Origin: Sarea resinae | Taxonomy: Eukaryota | NCBI GenBank assembly: GCA_026026165.1 | Contig: JAPEUD010000003.1 | Location: 372,001 to 436,000, forward strand | Direction: 5' to 3' | Length of the DNA: 64,000 bases | Shown here: positions 33,900 through 46,188 of the stretch, piece by piece | How positions within the stretch are numbered: position 1 is the first letter of the stretch | Layout: each line of letters opens with the position of its first letter | Position numbers and translations under genes: made by a program | The notes under the pieces: model-generated | What the model saw: only the letters and a program-made list of their open reading frames with translations | What the model was told of the DNA's origin: nothing | Database searches by the model: none

Positions 33900-34625
33900 T
33901 TTGTATTAGAAGATTTCTAAGATTCCTAAGAAAGGGAAAAGGGGGGAAAAGAGGAAGGAAGGAAGAAAGCATGTTATATTGATCTATTGCTGATTTGATA
34001 TGTACTAAAAAGACACGTCCTGGATCAGACAGACCGATGGATTGAATGGGATTCCTATCAGCAGAGAGAGATATTGAGAGATTGATGCACAGATATATAG
34101 ACAGATAGTCAGATAGACAGATAGGGAGATGGTATAGAAGGCGAATCAGACTGGATCTAGACTGCAGTCCTTGCGCTTTGCCTTGCCTTCCCTTACCTTT
34201 TCTTTCACCTATCGCTTTTCTTCTCTTGAAAGTGTCCGCCGACAGCGAGCAGAATAAAATATTCCGACGCAAACTGCCCGCCATCGTTTCGTTTTCAACT
34301 CTCCTCGTGCCCGCCAACAAAGGCAACCTTTTTGGACGCCATCCATCCATCCAGCTATCAATTATCTTACTAACAAGTAATCGCATGAAATGATCATCAG
34401 TCGGACTATCAATGAATGGATGGATGGATGGCCGAGATGGATGCTGAATAGAATTGGACTGACTAATGGACTGGACTGGGACGAGATGAGATGGGATTTT
34501 CTGCCAAGGTAAGGTAAGGTAAGGTGGTGTAAGGTTAGGTAGTTGGCTGTTTAATATGATATGATAAGCTATGATATGGCATGATATATTATGATATGAC
34601 ACAATATGACTTGATATGATATAGG
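33900..34625. repeat. Microsatellite-rich tract left of the NLR gene
   Basis: (GAAG)n, (GATA/GACA)n, (CCAT)n/(GGAT)n, (GGACT)n, (AAGGT)n at 34506-34540, (ATATG)n at 34553-34622. Confidence 0.85.
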
Positions 34626-35244
34626 AAGATTTTGCACCTGAAACCCCCTATCGAATCTGGCTGATTGCTGTCGTGTGCCTGGTCTGCAGCTCCACTTCGT
34701 CTTTCCGCTTCAATTGCAGTCGCGCTACACCCTGACCTGATCTCTATTCAGTGCAAGCCCCCGGCCGCAAAAACCCTGCCCACGATTTCCCGGCCGATAG
34801 TGATCGCTACGCGCCAGTAGTCAAGTTTCGTCAACCGGCATTTCAACCGCGTCGTTGTCTCCTGGCTGATACCCCGGATTAGCCGTTCAGTCGGCCACGG
34901 CTGCCCTTCAGCCGTTGCCCAGATGAACTCTTAGGGGCCACTACTAATCCGAACTGCCCTCTGCAAGTAGGCGTAGGACGGGCTGCACGTAGGCCAAGTA
35001 GACAACTATGAGCTAGCCAACTCGCTATGGCAGGAGACGCAGCGCCACCTTATTAATATCGTATTGCGCCTGGTTTTGATGGCAGCGGATCACTAAGCGC
35101 CACTGGCCCGTCTACCACAAAGACATTCCGAGCTCGCAGGAGGCCGTTTCGATCCCGCACGGACAGCTCCTCGGTGCTGCGGCCAGGTTGCCTATCGATG
35201 AAGCTGAAGAGCAGCAGGCCAAGGAAGACTTGCACTCGCCGGCT

Positions 35245-38200
35245 CTATGATGCTGAGGGCTCCCAATTACGGTCAAGTTGGATAAAGCTGACATGGCCAG
35301 CATCTATGCCGAGGGCAAATATATCGTCATGAAATGCTGAATGGGAAGCGCGATACTCCTGCGGAAGCCAGAGAAAATTCTGATCATTCCGTTGAATCCA
35401 ATCATCACTGGCTTTGGTGGTCCAGTAATTAGAAGCCGTGGTATGAATCGACTCATCGTCAATAGGTATAGGTCCTCGATTCGTAAGCAGAATCTTGTTG
35501 TCGAAGGTAATAGTGATATGTGTGACTTCTAATACATTCTCAAATTTCCGCACTGCCTGGCCTGTGGTCGGATTCCAGAGCCTGATAGTGCGATCATTGA
35601 GTGACCCAGAAGCTAGTAGCGAGCCATCTTCGGAGAAGACAACCACAGCTATATAGTTATGCCCCTCTAGCTGCCGCATTTGTTGACCTGTAGTCGGGTC
35701 CCACAGTTTCACTGTCTGATCCAAAGACCCAGAAGCTAGCATTGAGCCATCTTGAGAGAAGGCTGCTGTTTGCACCCTTCCAGTATGCCCTTCTAATCTC
35801 TGCATTTCTTGTCCTGTGACTGAATTCCATAGCCGGATTGTTCGATCCGATAATGCAGAAGCAAGTAGCAAGCCATCTTGAGAGAAGGCTACTTCACTCT
35901 CTATTCTACCCTCTAATTTCTGGGTCTCTTGACCTGTATTAAGGTCCCACAGCCGGATTGTATTATCATCTGACTCAGAGGCTAACAGCGAGCTATCTTG
36001 AGAGAAGATTACTGAAATTACCGGTTTAGTATGCCCTTTTAACCTCTGCATTTCTTTGCCTATAGTTAGATCCCACAGCCGGATTGTATTATCATGTGAC
36101 CCAGAGGCTAACAGCGAGCTTTTTGGAGAAAATGCTATTGCATTCACATGATTAGTGTGCCCCTCTAACCTCTGCATTTCTTGGCCTGTGCTTGGATTCC
36201 ATAGCCTAACAGTGCGATCATCTGACCCAGAAGCTAGTAAGCCATTCTGAGAGAAGGCCACCGCATTCACAGAACGAGTATGCCCCTCTAACTTCTGGGT
36301 CTCTTGACCTGTAGTAAGGTTCCATAGCCTAACAGTGCAACCATATGACCCAGAAGCTAGTAAGCCATCCTGAGAGAACGTCACTGCATTCACCCAATAT
36401 GTATGGCCCTCTAGCTTTTGCAGCTCCGGACTCCACATTGCCGGAACAATCGGACACTTCTGTAGCCATGGTGGAACCTGGCTACAGATGTTTCGCACCA
36501 GACTGTTTTTCGGAGCAAAAACCATTGCCGATGAATAAATTTGAAGGGGTGCGAGGTCGGCGATATATCGGTTTGCCAGGACTATTCGTCGTGAGTCTTC
36601 GAGGAAGGATGCTAAATGAGATGAATCGTCTACCTGCTCGCTCACATATCAGTATCAAATCCTCACTAGGACTTCATCATGGAGAGTCACTGACCGAAAC
36701 CAGTGACTGTAGCGCCCCTATGTGACTTATAGCTTCGGCAATCCTGTTCATAAAACTCAGGGCTTCAAGCCAGTGCAGAAAATGCTTCTGCAAAAACGCG
36801 TGCACTTCATCATCATCATGAATCCGTGCCATGCTATGCTGAACATGGTGAACCCAGTAACGGCATGCGTACTGAAGTACAGGGGATAGTCGTTCATTGA
36901 TCAGGGCTGGGTCAAGCTCTCGACGTGGCTGCCCTGGATATTCAAGGTTGCAGAGATTTTCTCTCAAACCAGTACACCCTGACAGCAACTGTAGACACTT
37001 CGAGAGTAGCATTCGATGTGTGGCTGGGCCGTCTATTCCAAATGGTTTATCTTGAATCTTTTCACTCAACAGGAATTCGCGGAAGGACAAATGAAGAGGC
37101 CGGATCGGAGTTTCTGCGTCGGCAGGAACATGCAAAACAGAGTGCAGCGGGCGGAGGCGGAGCCTAATGGTTCCTTGAGACTCATTCAGAAGGACTGTCA
37201 AAGACGCCATAGAAAGCGGTTCGGCAAGGACGACAATAGATCCGACGATTCTCTGGAATTCATGATATAGCCTGTCTTGGTCATTTGAGTTGCTTAACGT
37301 CGCTGGCAGTTGCGTGAGCACAGGAAGGTAAGTCTTCTCCATTTGCTCTAGATATCCCTCGGTCTGATATTGCAAGACTGTCATAAGCCGTTCTTGAGCA
37401 TCCCAATTAGCGTCGCCCACGAAGCGACATACAGTTGCGGCAATGATAAACAAGGGAACGGCTGTTTCGACTAAAGTCTGAAGGTCTTTGTCTCCCGGCC
37501 AGTCATCACTGAGTGCCACACCTGAAGGCGGATCATCATTATATTCTTTCCGGATCTTTGAAAATGCATCCGTCATAAACACAGAGATGTCATGTTGAAT
37601 GGTCGTTCGCGGAACTTCATCGTGGAGAATCATATCCTGATGAGCGTTGACCGACATATTCTTGAACCCCAGCTGAATTGGCAGATCGGGTCGACTTGTC
37701 AGAAAGAGCTTGACACAAATTGCCTTGATGTGGGCTAGTCGAGACCACAGATCGAGAATTGCCTTGACGTCACTTTCTTTTTCACACTCATCTAAAGCAT
37801 CCACCACCAATACCAAGGTCGGAAAATCACTAGAATCGATATTGACTTTCTGTAATGGTTGATAAATCAATTTGTCGAATTGTTCACCTAATGACTTGTC
37901 AAAAATAAAAGGGTCAGAACTAATCACGCCTGCGATAAGAACATCTAGCCTCGGTATTTTCAACACCAGTTCGCGGGTGATGGTCGGAAAGAATCGTACA
38001 GCGGAAGCTCGATCGCCTTCGCCTCTCTTGAAGAAGAAGCTGGCACCGAGGTCGACAATTCCGTGGCGACCTTGATCGGTCAACCACTTTGCAACAGTCC
38101 ATGAGATGGTTGACTTTCCCGTGCCAGCCATACCATTGAGCCAGAAGATGCTCTTGCTTTGGGGCCTTTGGGCCCAATCCTGAATTTGACGTAGCACGTC

Positions 38201-39248
38201 GACTCTGGTAGCAGGATGACAGGTCTTGTGAACTTCTCCATATGAGTTGAACATTGCTCCTTTGGCGTATGGCAACTTATCCAAATCAAGCCTGACCTCA
38301 AGTCGTCTTACCCAGTCATGACCTATATGGAGGCTTTTAACTTCCTCGAGCACCGTCTGTAGATCCTGCCGAAGCTTTTCGGTGTGCTCCCGGTCATGAA
38401 CGCTCAACTCGCGGTCGCAATTCTGCGCCTCGATTTCGACCCTCGTTTCGAGTTTGTCGCACACCTTCTCAAATTCCCGAATACCGCCCTCATCCCAGAA
38501 CGCAGTGGTTGCGCGTTTGAACGTTGCGGCTTGGTATGTCTGGATAGCCAAAGCCAGGAAATGCAGGATGTGTGAACACAGATCCGTCAGTGCGTTGCCA
38601 AAGTTGGCTCGTGCCAGCGTCGCAGGCAACTCGTGCCAGAAGTCCATGTAGACCTTCAGTCGGTTTACCATGTACAGGACGGTTTCGCACCCGACTAGCA
38701 GGGAGGTCATTTGGTTGGCATCTGAGACGGCAACCTATCAGCTTTAGCTTCAGAGACTTGGGATTCGATCTCAGAGAGGCCGCTCTTACCTCGAGCAAGA
38801 GGCGAATGCCCGCCCATACCAAGCCGGCATGCAAGGGGTCGGCATTGACGGCGATATCTCCCGCAGCTTTAAATCGGTTCAGCCAACGTACCACCTTGTC
38901 AGCCTCGTCTTGCAAAGTGATCGCTCGCCCCGCAAAGGTCAACGTCCACCTCTTCTCGACGCAGCACTGATGCTTCTCCTTCGCCGCATCCAAAGCTTGC
39001 TCGAGCGAGTCGCCGATGTCGCTGGAATCCGTTGGGAGATGATCTTGGAGTGTTGCCCGATCGCGATCGGAGAGTCGTTTGAGCGTATTTTCTAAGAGAT
39101 TGCTGGCGTCTGGCGAGTTAGCTCTCCGCAGTCCGATCGATGGTGGATTCGGCAACCGTGATGGAGATGGTGATGGACTGGGCCTTAAATGCTCTCGAAG
39201 ACGTCGGAGGCGGCTCGTCTTTGCGTGAGGAGTCGGGTCCCCACTCAT
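35245..39248 (-). CDS. Fungal NLR: helical N-terminal domain + NACHT + WD40 repeats (HET-E/NWD-like); exons 39248-38790, 38734-36695, 36633-35245
   Basis: CHPATRVDVL..I.DW, Walker A IFWLNGMAGTGKSTIS, ASFFFKRG, Walker B LVVDALDEC, LFLTSRP, PLFIIAATVCRFV, HLSFREFL, LQYACRYWVHH, HFLHWLEALS, APLQIYSSAMVFAP, seven LEGH..VAFS..LASGS.D.T.RLW repeats; two GT-AG introns restore one frame. Confidence 0.93.
35560..36426 (-). repeat. Array of seven similar WD40-coding units of about 120-126 bp inside the NLR
   Basis: Recurrent DNA blocks such as gacccagaagctag, tcccacagccggattgtattatca, gccctctaacctctgcatttct. Confidence 0.88.
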
Positions 39249-39849
39249 GTTCGGTGTGCTTGAAGAGCCAATCTACTAGCTCTAGAAGCTAAAAGGTTGC
39301 TGAAGGGCTGTATCTAGACATTTTTCACAGACCACGGTATGTCTGTAGTGTTCACATTCGACATTGGAGAGGCCCCTCACGTGTGCGGCACAGCCACCCG
39401 CTCCTCAAGGCTGAACAGTGAGCACGCAGGACGCCCGCCTACTACTGGTACATCCAACAGGACCGAAATAGCAGCAAAAGGCAATGCAGTATGTGGTTCG
39501 GCAACTGGCGAAAGGAGCGATGGTATTCTTTGCGAACACCATTGCTCCGAAAATCTTGGTCGAATTGTTCTTTTATTTCATGACTGCCAATCTTAAATCT
39601 GAGTCGATAGCCATCCCTGTTCTCGGCCATTTGAATGAGGGGTGGCTGGAGGTTTTCGATCTTCAGTCTATGTGCGGGATTGTCCTGTCCTGCTGTGTAT
39701 TCAAGCAGGATGCAAAACTGTGGTATAGTAGGAGAGGTTGTGATAGGAGGTGTGGGCTTGAAGTTATCTAAAATAATAGCCTGAACATTTGGTAAGCTGC
39801 AACTAGATGACGTGGGTGGCTTCTTATGGGAGCGAAGCATGAAGAGAGC

Positions 39850-40560
39850 GAGCGAGCAGTAATAATTAATATTCGTGTGGTAATGTTGGCGTGGGCAGGA
39901 CTACACGGTGGAGCAGAACAGGAAATGTTCTTATAGAGGGTTAATGAACGTACGTATGTATGTATGTGATTTTTGTGTTAGTCTTCTAGTCTTTGTAGTT
40001 GGTATGAGATACTCCTAGAACCCCCTCCTATAGCTAAAAGAATTAAAAGAAAAGTTCCGTTGCATGCTGTTAGACGTGACTAATTGGCTGAATACTTGAA
40101 TGACTGAAAAGGGCAAGGTTTAGGTAGATTCCTAGAGAGAGAGACAGAGAGAAAAGAAAGAACAAGATAAGAAGAGAAGAGAGATAATGAAATAAAATGA
40201 AATAAAATAAGATCGGACATTTTCCTCCTTTCCCCCCTTTAACATACTTACTAACTTTGTCCTTACTTACTTTCTTCTTATTTACTGCTTTCTTGGTTGG
40301 TTCAGGGACGTGCATGTAGAGTGGATGTGTATGTGGACGTAGTTGTAGACGTAGATGTGGACGTGGAAGGGCACGCTTGTAGGTTAGGACGCTTGGTTGC
40401 GAGGGAAGAAGATGCTAGGTATGGTATGTATGGTATGGTAGGCATAATATAGTGGGGTAGCTGGACGGAAAGAGGAGCCCCTTGAGATGGAGATGGAGAT
40501 GGAGATAGAGTGGGAGATTTAAAAAGGGGAGAGGGAAGGCGGTTTCCCCTTTTGAGAGGC
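39850..40560. repeat. Microsatellite/low-complexity tract right of the NLR gene
   Basis: (GAGC)n, (TATG)n, (GA)n, (AAAAT)n, (TTAC)n, (GTATG)n, (GAGATG)n. Confidence 0.82.
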
Positions 40561-40619
40561 TGAGTTTTCGTTGCTAAACCCCCCTGCTCTCTGCTTCCAG
40601 CGCTCTACTCTCCCCCACT

Positions 40620-42035
40620 CTACTCGCCAACATAGACATCCTGTGCCCGGATCCAGCGGTCAGTAACGGCCTTCTCCACGCCGCCGACCTCGCGCGCCAC
40701 CCGCTCGACCACATCGAGCACGAGCACCGCATCCTCGCGCGGCACGCCCAGCCGGATCAGGCCGCGCACGTGCCACATGGCCGGCTGCTGCAGTCCGGAA
40801 TTGGCGCCGACAATCGCCGGGGTTTCTTCTCCTTTTTTGGAGGTGGATGCAGATGGAGTACTCTGTGCCGCCGCCGGTGCGGCTGCGTTGGCGACGTCCT
40901 GCGGTCGCACATCCTGTGCCACGATGCCCGGCAGCACCACGAGCTCGTTCTCGACCGCGTCGAGCACGCCCGTGTCCGAGAGGAAGAGGCCGTAGATGAT
41001 GTCTTCCTCGAGCCAGGTCAGCGCGGATGTGTGGCTGCCGGCGGCTGACAGGATCGCGGGCAGGTTCGAGAGGTATAGCGCGTGCATGGCGGCTTGGCCG
41101 CGGCTTGTGAGGGCGCTGGGCGTGGTGGTGGTCGAGGTCGTGGCGAGCATAGATCTGATTACTGTGAGTTTGGGGGAATTTTCTGGTTGGCGAGTAGAGC
41201 CATGTTGAGGGGCGGATGGGTCGAGAATGGAGAGAGACGTATGGGGAATAAGTATGCAGGCTCAGCTAGGTCTTAGTAGACGGGGTGGGGGAAGATAGAA
41301 GCCCTTGGTTCCGAGTCAAAGAAAAAGCCACCGAAGTGAGAACGACGGAACAGTACCATCGCATGACGAAGGAAGAAAAAAGTACAAAACATCGAGCAAG
41401 ACACGCAAACCAAGCCCGTGAGATAAATCAGAATCAGCAACATCAAAACATGCCACATACCTTCTCCTCTCCACCTCCTCTGCCCTTGCCTCCTCCGTCT
41501 CCCCACTCGCCCTCCCCTGCTTCTCTACTTGCCCCAGCGCAACAAACGCCGTGACGACCTTCGGAATCCCCACGATCGTCCAGATCTTCATGCAAACCTC
41601 CCTCAACCTCCGCGAGACGTATGCCTCGACCGTCTCCTCTGGGCGATCACGACTGCTGGTGGCAGACTCATCCTCATGGTCATTGGACTTCGTAGTGCCT
41701 GAGGAGACCAGGTACGTGTAGAGGTGCTTGAGCGCATTGGTTTGGTTGTGCGCAATCAGCGTCGAGGCCTGTTGTGTGTGAGTGCAAAGTTACATCTTGG
41801 TAAAGAGAGCATTTGCGAAAGGATGACGGCGAGGACATATTCGTCCGTGCATGGAAGGCGATCCATTGCTTTGTTTTGCTACGGAGTACAGATCTGGTTT
41901 GTATGAATGCGTGAATGCAAAAGGGTGACGTACTACGGCGATATACCACCCATGTCTTATCTTCGGATGGGTCTTTGCGAGGGTGGTCTCGATGCCCGCA
42001 AATAAGTCCTTCAGGTCTTGAGGGATAGACTCCAT
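40620..42035 (-). CDS. AhpD-like / carboxymuconolactone decarboxylase-like helical protein (fungal Pxp2-like family); exons 42035-41934, 41768-41461, 41154-40620
   Basis: Spliced product GWYIAV|ASTLIAHN..LKHLYTYL..RRLREVCMKIWTIVGIPKV..RGQAAMHALY..IIYGLFLSD..VLDAVENELVVL..WHVRGLIRLG. Confidence 0.8.
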
Positions 42036-43320
42036 GATGAAAATTGGATATGGAGATTTGGTCTCTCTACGATCACCTCGACGGATGTTCATGGCTTTTT
42101 ATACAGGGCGTATGCCGTATATATCGGATCCATCTTCGACAGTGGAGTCGTGCTTCAGTAGCGTTGCCGTTGCGTGATCGTCGCGGAGAAGATGGAAATT
42201 GTGGAGTCCCGAGAAAAGCCTACTGGTCGGTCAGTTCCGTCTGACTGCTGACGACCGGCTGCATCGAGTATCGTCCGCGACTCGAGATGGCATCACGAAC
42301 ACCACTGCGGTATCATGAGTCCTGCGATACGAGGCAGAAGCTAGAACATGCGAAAGGCTGGAGCAGGAACGCGCCTCACTGCGCGCGAGGACTCTACGGC
42401 GTTGCGGGGTCCACCGTTGCGGGCATCATTAAGCAAGCCTGAGAGCGTGACAACCATACATTAGCCAAGTGACTAAGGTCGACAGGCCTAGGAAGACAGC
42501 ACAGCAAGCAGATGCAGATAGACACGCCGTACAAAGAACAGGGCCCGGAAGGGTGGAGCAAGAGTAATGGAGCAATGCTGCAACGCCTAAAATCTTACAA
42601 AGCACTATTCAACGGAGGCTTAGGCAATCCACCTTGAGCACTTGAGCAATCTGACAGGAGGGATATATAGAGGAGAAGAGGCTCGCATAGGCAGAGAATT
42701 ACGGATACATAGCGAAGCACAATGGGAACGAAACTGTGCAGAGGTCGAGAAGGCCAAATTAGGATTGCATTAAGCCCAAGGTCCAGCCTTACGAAGCCAG
42801 GCGAGTGTTATGTTCAGTGTCACTATCTGTGCTAGCCCCTCCCAATGGAGTCCTTGTTAGTGGGTTTGCACCCAAGGACACCATCTTGGGGCGACATCCA
42901 GAGCTCTATGATATGTGTGGGGGACAGCTATAAGTCAGAGAGTAAAGCATAAGGTAAGAGGAGCTCGATGAGGAGCACATGCAGCGAATGATGCAACGCA
43001 TGAGACGGCGGGTTCAAGCAATTGCTGCGCGCGGTGGATCGATCCACAACGCATCAGACACTCTTAGCTGTATGCTGAATTGCAAAGCATCGCGATGTAT
43101 GTTTGGGTCTTGAAGCCTTGATCGGCCCTAGAGGGTTTGCTGTGGTCGCTCCGTCGCAAGTCGGGTAGGCCGGGTAGTATTGACACGACGGACTACATAC
43201 GCAATCATTTATGTAGATACTGCTGCTGCAGAGAAAAAGAGCTGCCCTGTCTCATTCATCTGAAAGCTAATAGCTATCGAAGAGGAAAAGGGGCGGTGCC
43301 ACACAAACGCCATCATCAAC

Positions 43321-45016
43321 TCAACGCATGATCCGAAAAGGATGTCCCTCCGTACTATAAACCCATTCATCCAAGCTCCCAACGCTCTGATCCGCAAAAG
43401 TAAGCCACAGGTATTTCAACGTCTCCGCGCCCCAAAAGCTCTCACTCTCATCCCGGTGCGTGATGTTTCCTGGCGACGCATAAACGTCCTCGACTGCTGC
43501 GTACCCAAACTCGGCACGACACGTGCGCTCGATCGCGACAAAGGCGTCCCATGCCCAGTTACGATATTTCTGAGCCCCTGTGATGCGCCAGGCGTAGAAG
43601 AGGGACTCGACGTACTCGGGGCGAAGGCGGTAGGTTGGGTCGGGAGCCCAGAATCCGTCCTTTTCCAATTGCCCTTGGTGGACCTCAGTACGGGGCGTGT
43701 AGGTGGCGTTGAGGAGGGGATTGTCGGAGGAATGGGGAATCCATGAGAAGACCTCAGGCCCGACACCGGTCGCAGTAGACTCATAGGTGTGATGGCACGC
43801 CTCTAAAAGGTCAAGCCCAAAGGTAAAGATATCGGGACGGTTGAGGTAACGTCCGCCGAGGATGAGATTTCCCGGGACAAAGCAGGCAAGGTGACTCATC
43901 TCATTGAGGTACCAGCCGTTATCGTGCTTGCCGATGAAGACTTTGCTTTCCTCCTTTGAGGCCGATGAGCCGCTGCTGAGTTGTTTGCGCAGTGACTCGG
44001 CAGCTTGAATCCATCGATCACGATAAGTTGCGGCGTAGCGCTCTTTAGGGGCTAATATGTATGCTTTGATGAGATATTCGTAGTAGCTATCATGTCCTGC
44101 ATCCCAGTGTCTCTGTCTCCCGACCGGTGCCCCGGTAAATATGTCGATTGGACTGTCTATCATGCCGGGCCATTCCTCAGCCCATTGGTTCCATACAAGT
44201 GGGGCCCATGCTTTGGAGGCATTGGCCAAATACGAGTTATCTCCATCGAGGCGGCTTAAAACCCTATTTTCAAGGTAATTTGAGCCAGCACGAGCTGGTC
44301 CGATGGAAGGATTTGCATAGCGTATCTTGTTCGGGTCTTTGTAGACAGATGGGGGATCTGGAGATGGGATTTCGTGCGTGAAGTTGACCCGGGGCCAGAC
44401 CATCCCCGTGGGCGAGTCGAATGAAGGAGCCAGCTTCTGAGCAAGGCTGGTCGCTTGAATGAGGATGTGCTCTCTTTTCAGACTGGAGGCTACTGTTGAG
44501 GGAACGACGCCGGCATCAATGAGGTCCGTTAGAGAAACAAGGGCACCGAGATAACGGATTGTTGTCTCGAAAGGATCGACAAGGCCTTTGGCCGTCGTAA
44601 AATCAATTGAAGTTATTATATGATCAATCTCGAGTCCGAGCTCTTCCCAGAGCCCCATCAGTGAAAGTGTAGTCGACGTATCGACTATGAAGGCCCCCCA
44701 TCCATTTCTAGAAAAATCAATAAGCAACGAAAGATCCGATAGGAAGTCTACACTCGTACCTGCTCGTGGCATAGTCCCCACTTACAGGCAGAATATCATC
44801 GTGACCCCAAGCTCTGAACCTGTATTTCCAGAATGTCCTCCGCATCGCGTCTGCCACTTTCTGGGCTCTCTCCTTCTCAGCAGCCCCACCAGCATTGCCC
44901 TCCCAAACAGCGGACTGTATCCGAGGCTTTTCCGAGCTCAAGAATTTTGGCAAGCTCAAGGTCAGAGAAAGACAGATCAGGAGAAATAGAGCCAGCGCCG
45001 CGCGCGACCTCGTCAT
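43321..45016 (-). CDS. Glycoside hydrolase family 47 alpha-1,2-mannosidase with N-terminal signal/anchor; exons 45016-44760, 44707-43321
   Basis: AWGHDDILPVS, R|NGWGAFIVD..TL.LMGL, FETTIRYLGAL, DSYYEYLIK, HLACFVPG, TGVGPE, LRPEYVESLFYAWRITG, ESFWGAETLKY. Confidence 0.93.
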
Positions 45017-45873
45017 TCGGAACGAGAACGACGGCAATGCCGTTCGGAAGAGAGAATTCGGGAGAAGAGAGGCCTTCTCCAGCTCGGTGCGGAGCCCATT
45101 CATTTCGGTTGCGTTAATCACGACGACGCCGTGGCAATCGAATTGGCGGTGAACTTATTGATTGGCAATCGTCGCAGGCCGCTGGTAACACAGATTATCA
45201 CTCTGTCCGAATCTCAGCAGAAGATAACAGCTGGAGCAGAGGGCAAGCTGAGTCCCTCATTCCTTTCTATCGCGGTCCTTGATATTCGTACACTTTCCCA
45301 GATGTATATAAACATATTCTGTGCAAGATCGGCAAATTCACATGTTCAAGACGAAGCGCTAGATGTCAATGAACAGCTGGAGTAGGAAGTCGAGCATCTC
45401 TGCAATTTGAAAGATCGTAGGACTTGTAGTGTGCTCCTACTCCTTCACAGCAGAGTATGGTTTTCGTATTCGTGTGCAGCTCGCGCCAGAGACTGAGACC
45501 GTGCAATCTATCGACCCCGCAGGACGCAGTTTATTGCTGAATCCGGCCTGATATGGGTGGAATGTGGAAGTTACCGTCGATGGAACCTGAATCCAGTCGG
45601 GCCTGGAGTTGACCGATTTGCGGTGAAACGTTTCTCCGTTCACCGGTCCAGCCGAAGGAGGGCAATGGAAATAATATCAAAGATTCTGTGATGCTAATCA
45701 GTGATCCCTCGAGTCCCGTCTAGTGGAGGTCATCTGCTCCGTAAGTCAACAGAATACTCCACGCTTTCAATCTGATGAACATGGCGACTGATTGCCTATT
45801 GCCCGCCAGATTAAAATTCCAACTAATTGGAACTGCTGAGCGCGCACACTTCTTCGCACGCAAGCGGTACACC

Positions 45874-46188
45874 ATGTCAGTGTGGCAGTAAGTGACCACC
45901 TCAGCAGACGAGGAAACCCAAAGTTCGAGGAGACAAAGACAGCTTGTTCAGTCACTGACAATCTACGGCTGCCACGATAGATATTATCGCTCTCTTAACC
46001 CTCGCACGCGGCTATTCATCGGGGTGGGCGCAATGGCCTATGCAGGCTTCGGCCTCTTGATGTCGGATACTGCGGAAAAGGTATTCGACTTGACGCCAAC
46101 CGAGGCAGACACGGCGAGGCTGGAGAGCGTTATCCCCAAAGTGAGGGCCGTGGACAAGGATGAAATCGAAGGTTTGAGAGAACGATGA
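45874..46188 (+). CDS. 73-aa single-TM microprotein; exons 45874-45887, 45981-46188
   Basis: ATG TCA GTG TGG CA|gtaagt...ctgac...tag|A TAT TAT gives MSVWQYYRSLNPRTRLFIGVGAMAYAGFGLLMSDTAEKVFDLTPTEAD..VIPKVRAVD. Confidence 0.8.

Noticed and set aside
33826..34602. 258-aa minus-strand ORF
   Set aside because: Translation of microsatellites; no domain-like content
42240..43200. Possible solo LTR (CGTGACA at about 42446-42452, TGTTA near 42805)
   Set aside because: No matching TG...CA pair with target-site duplication and no second copy in the window
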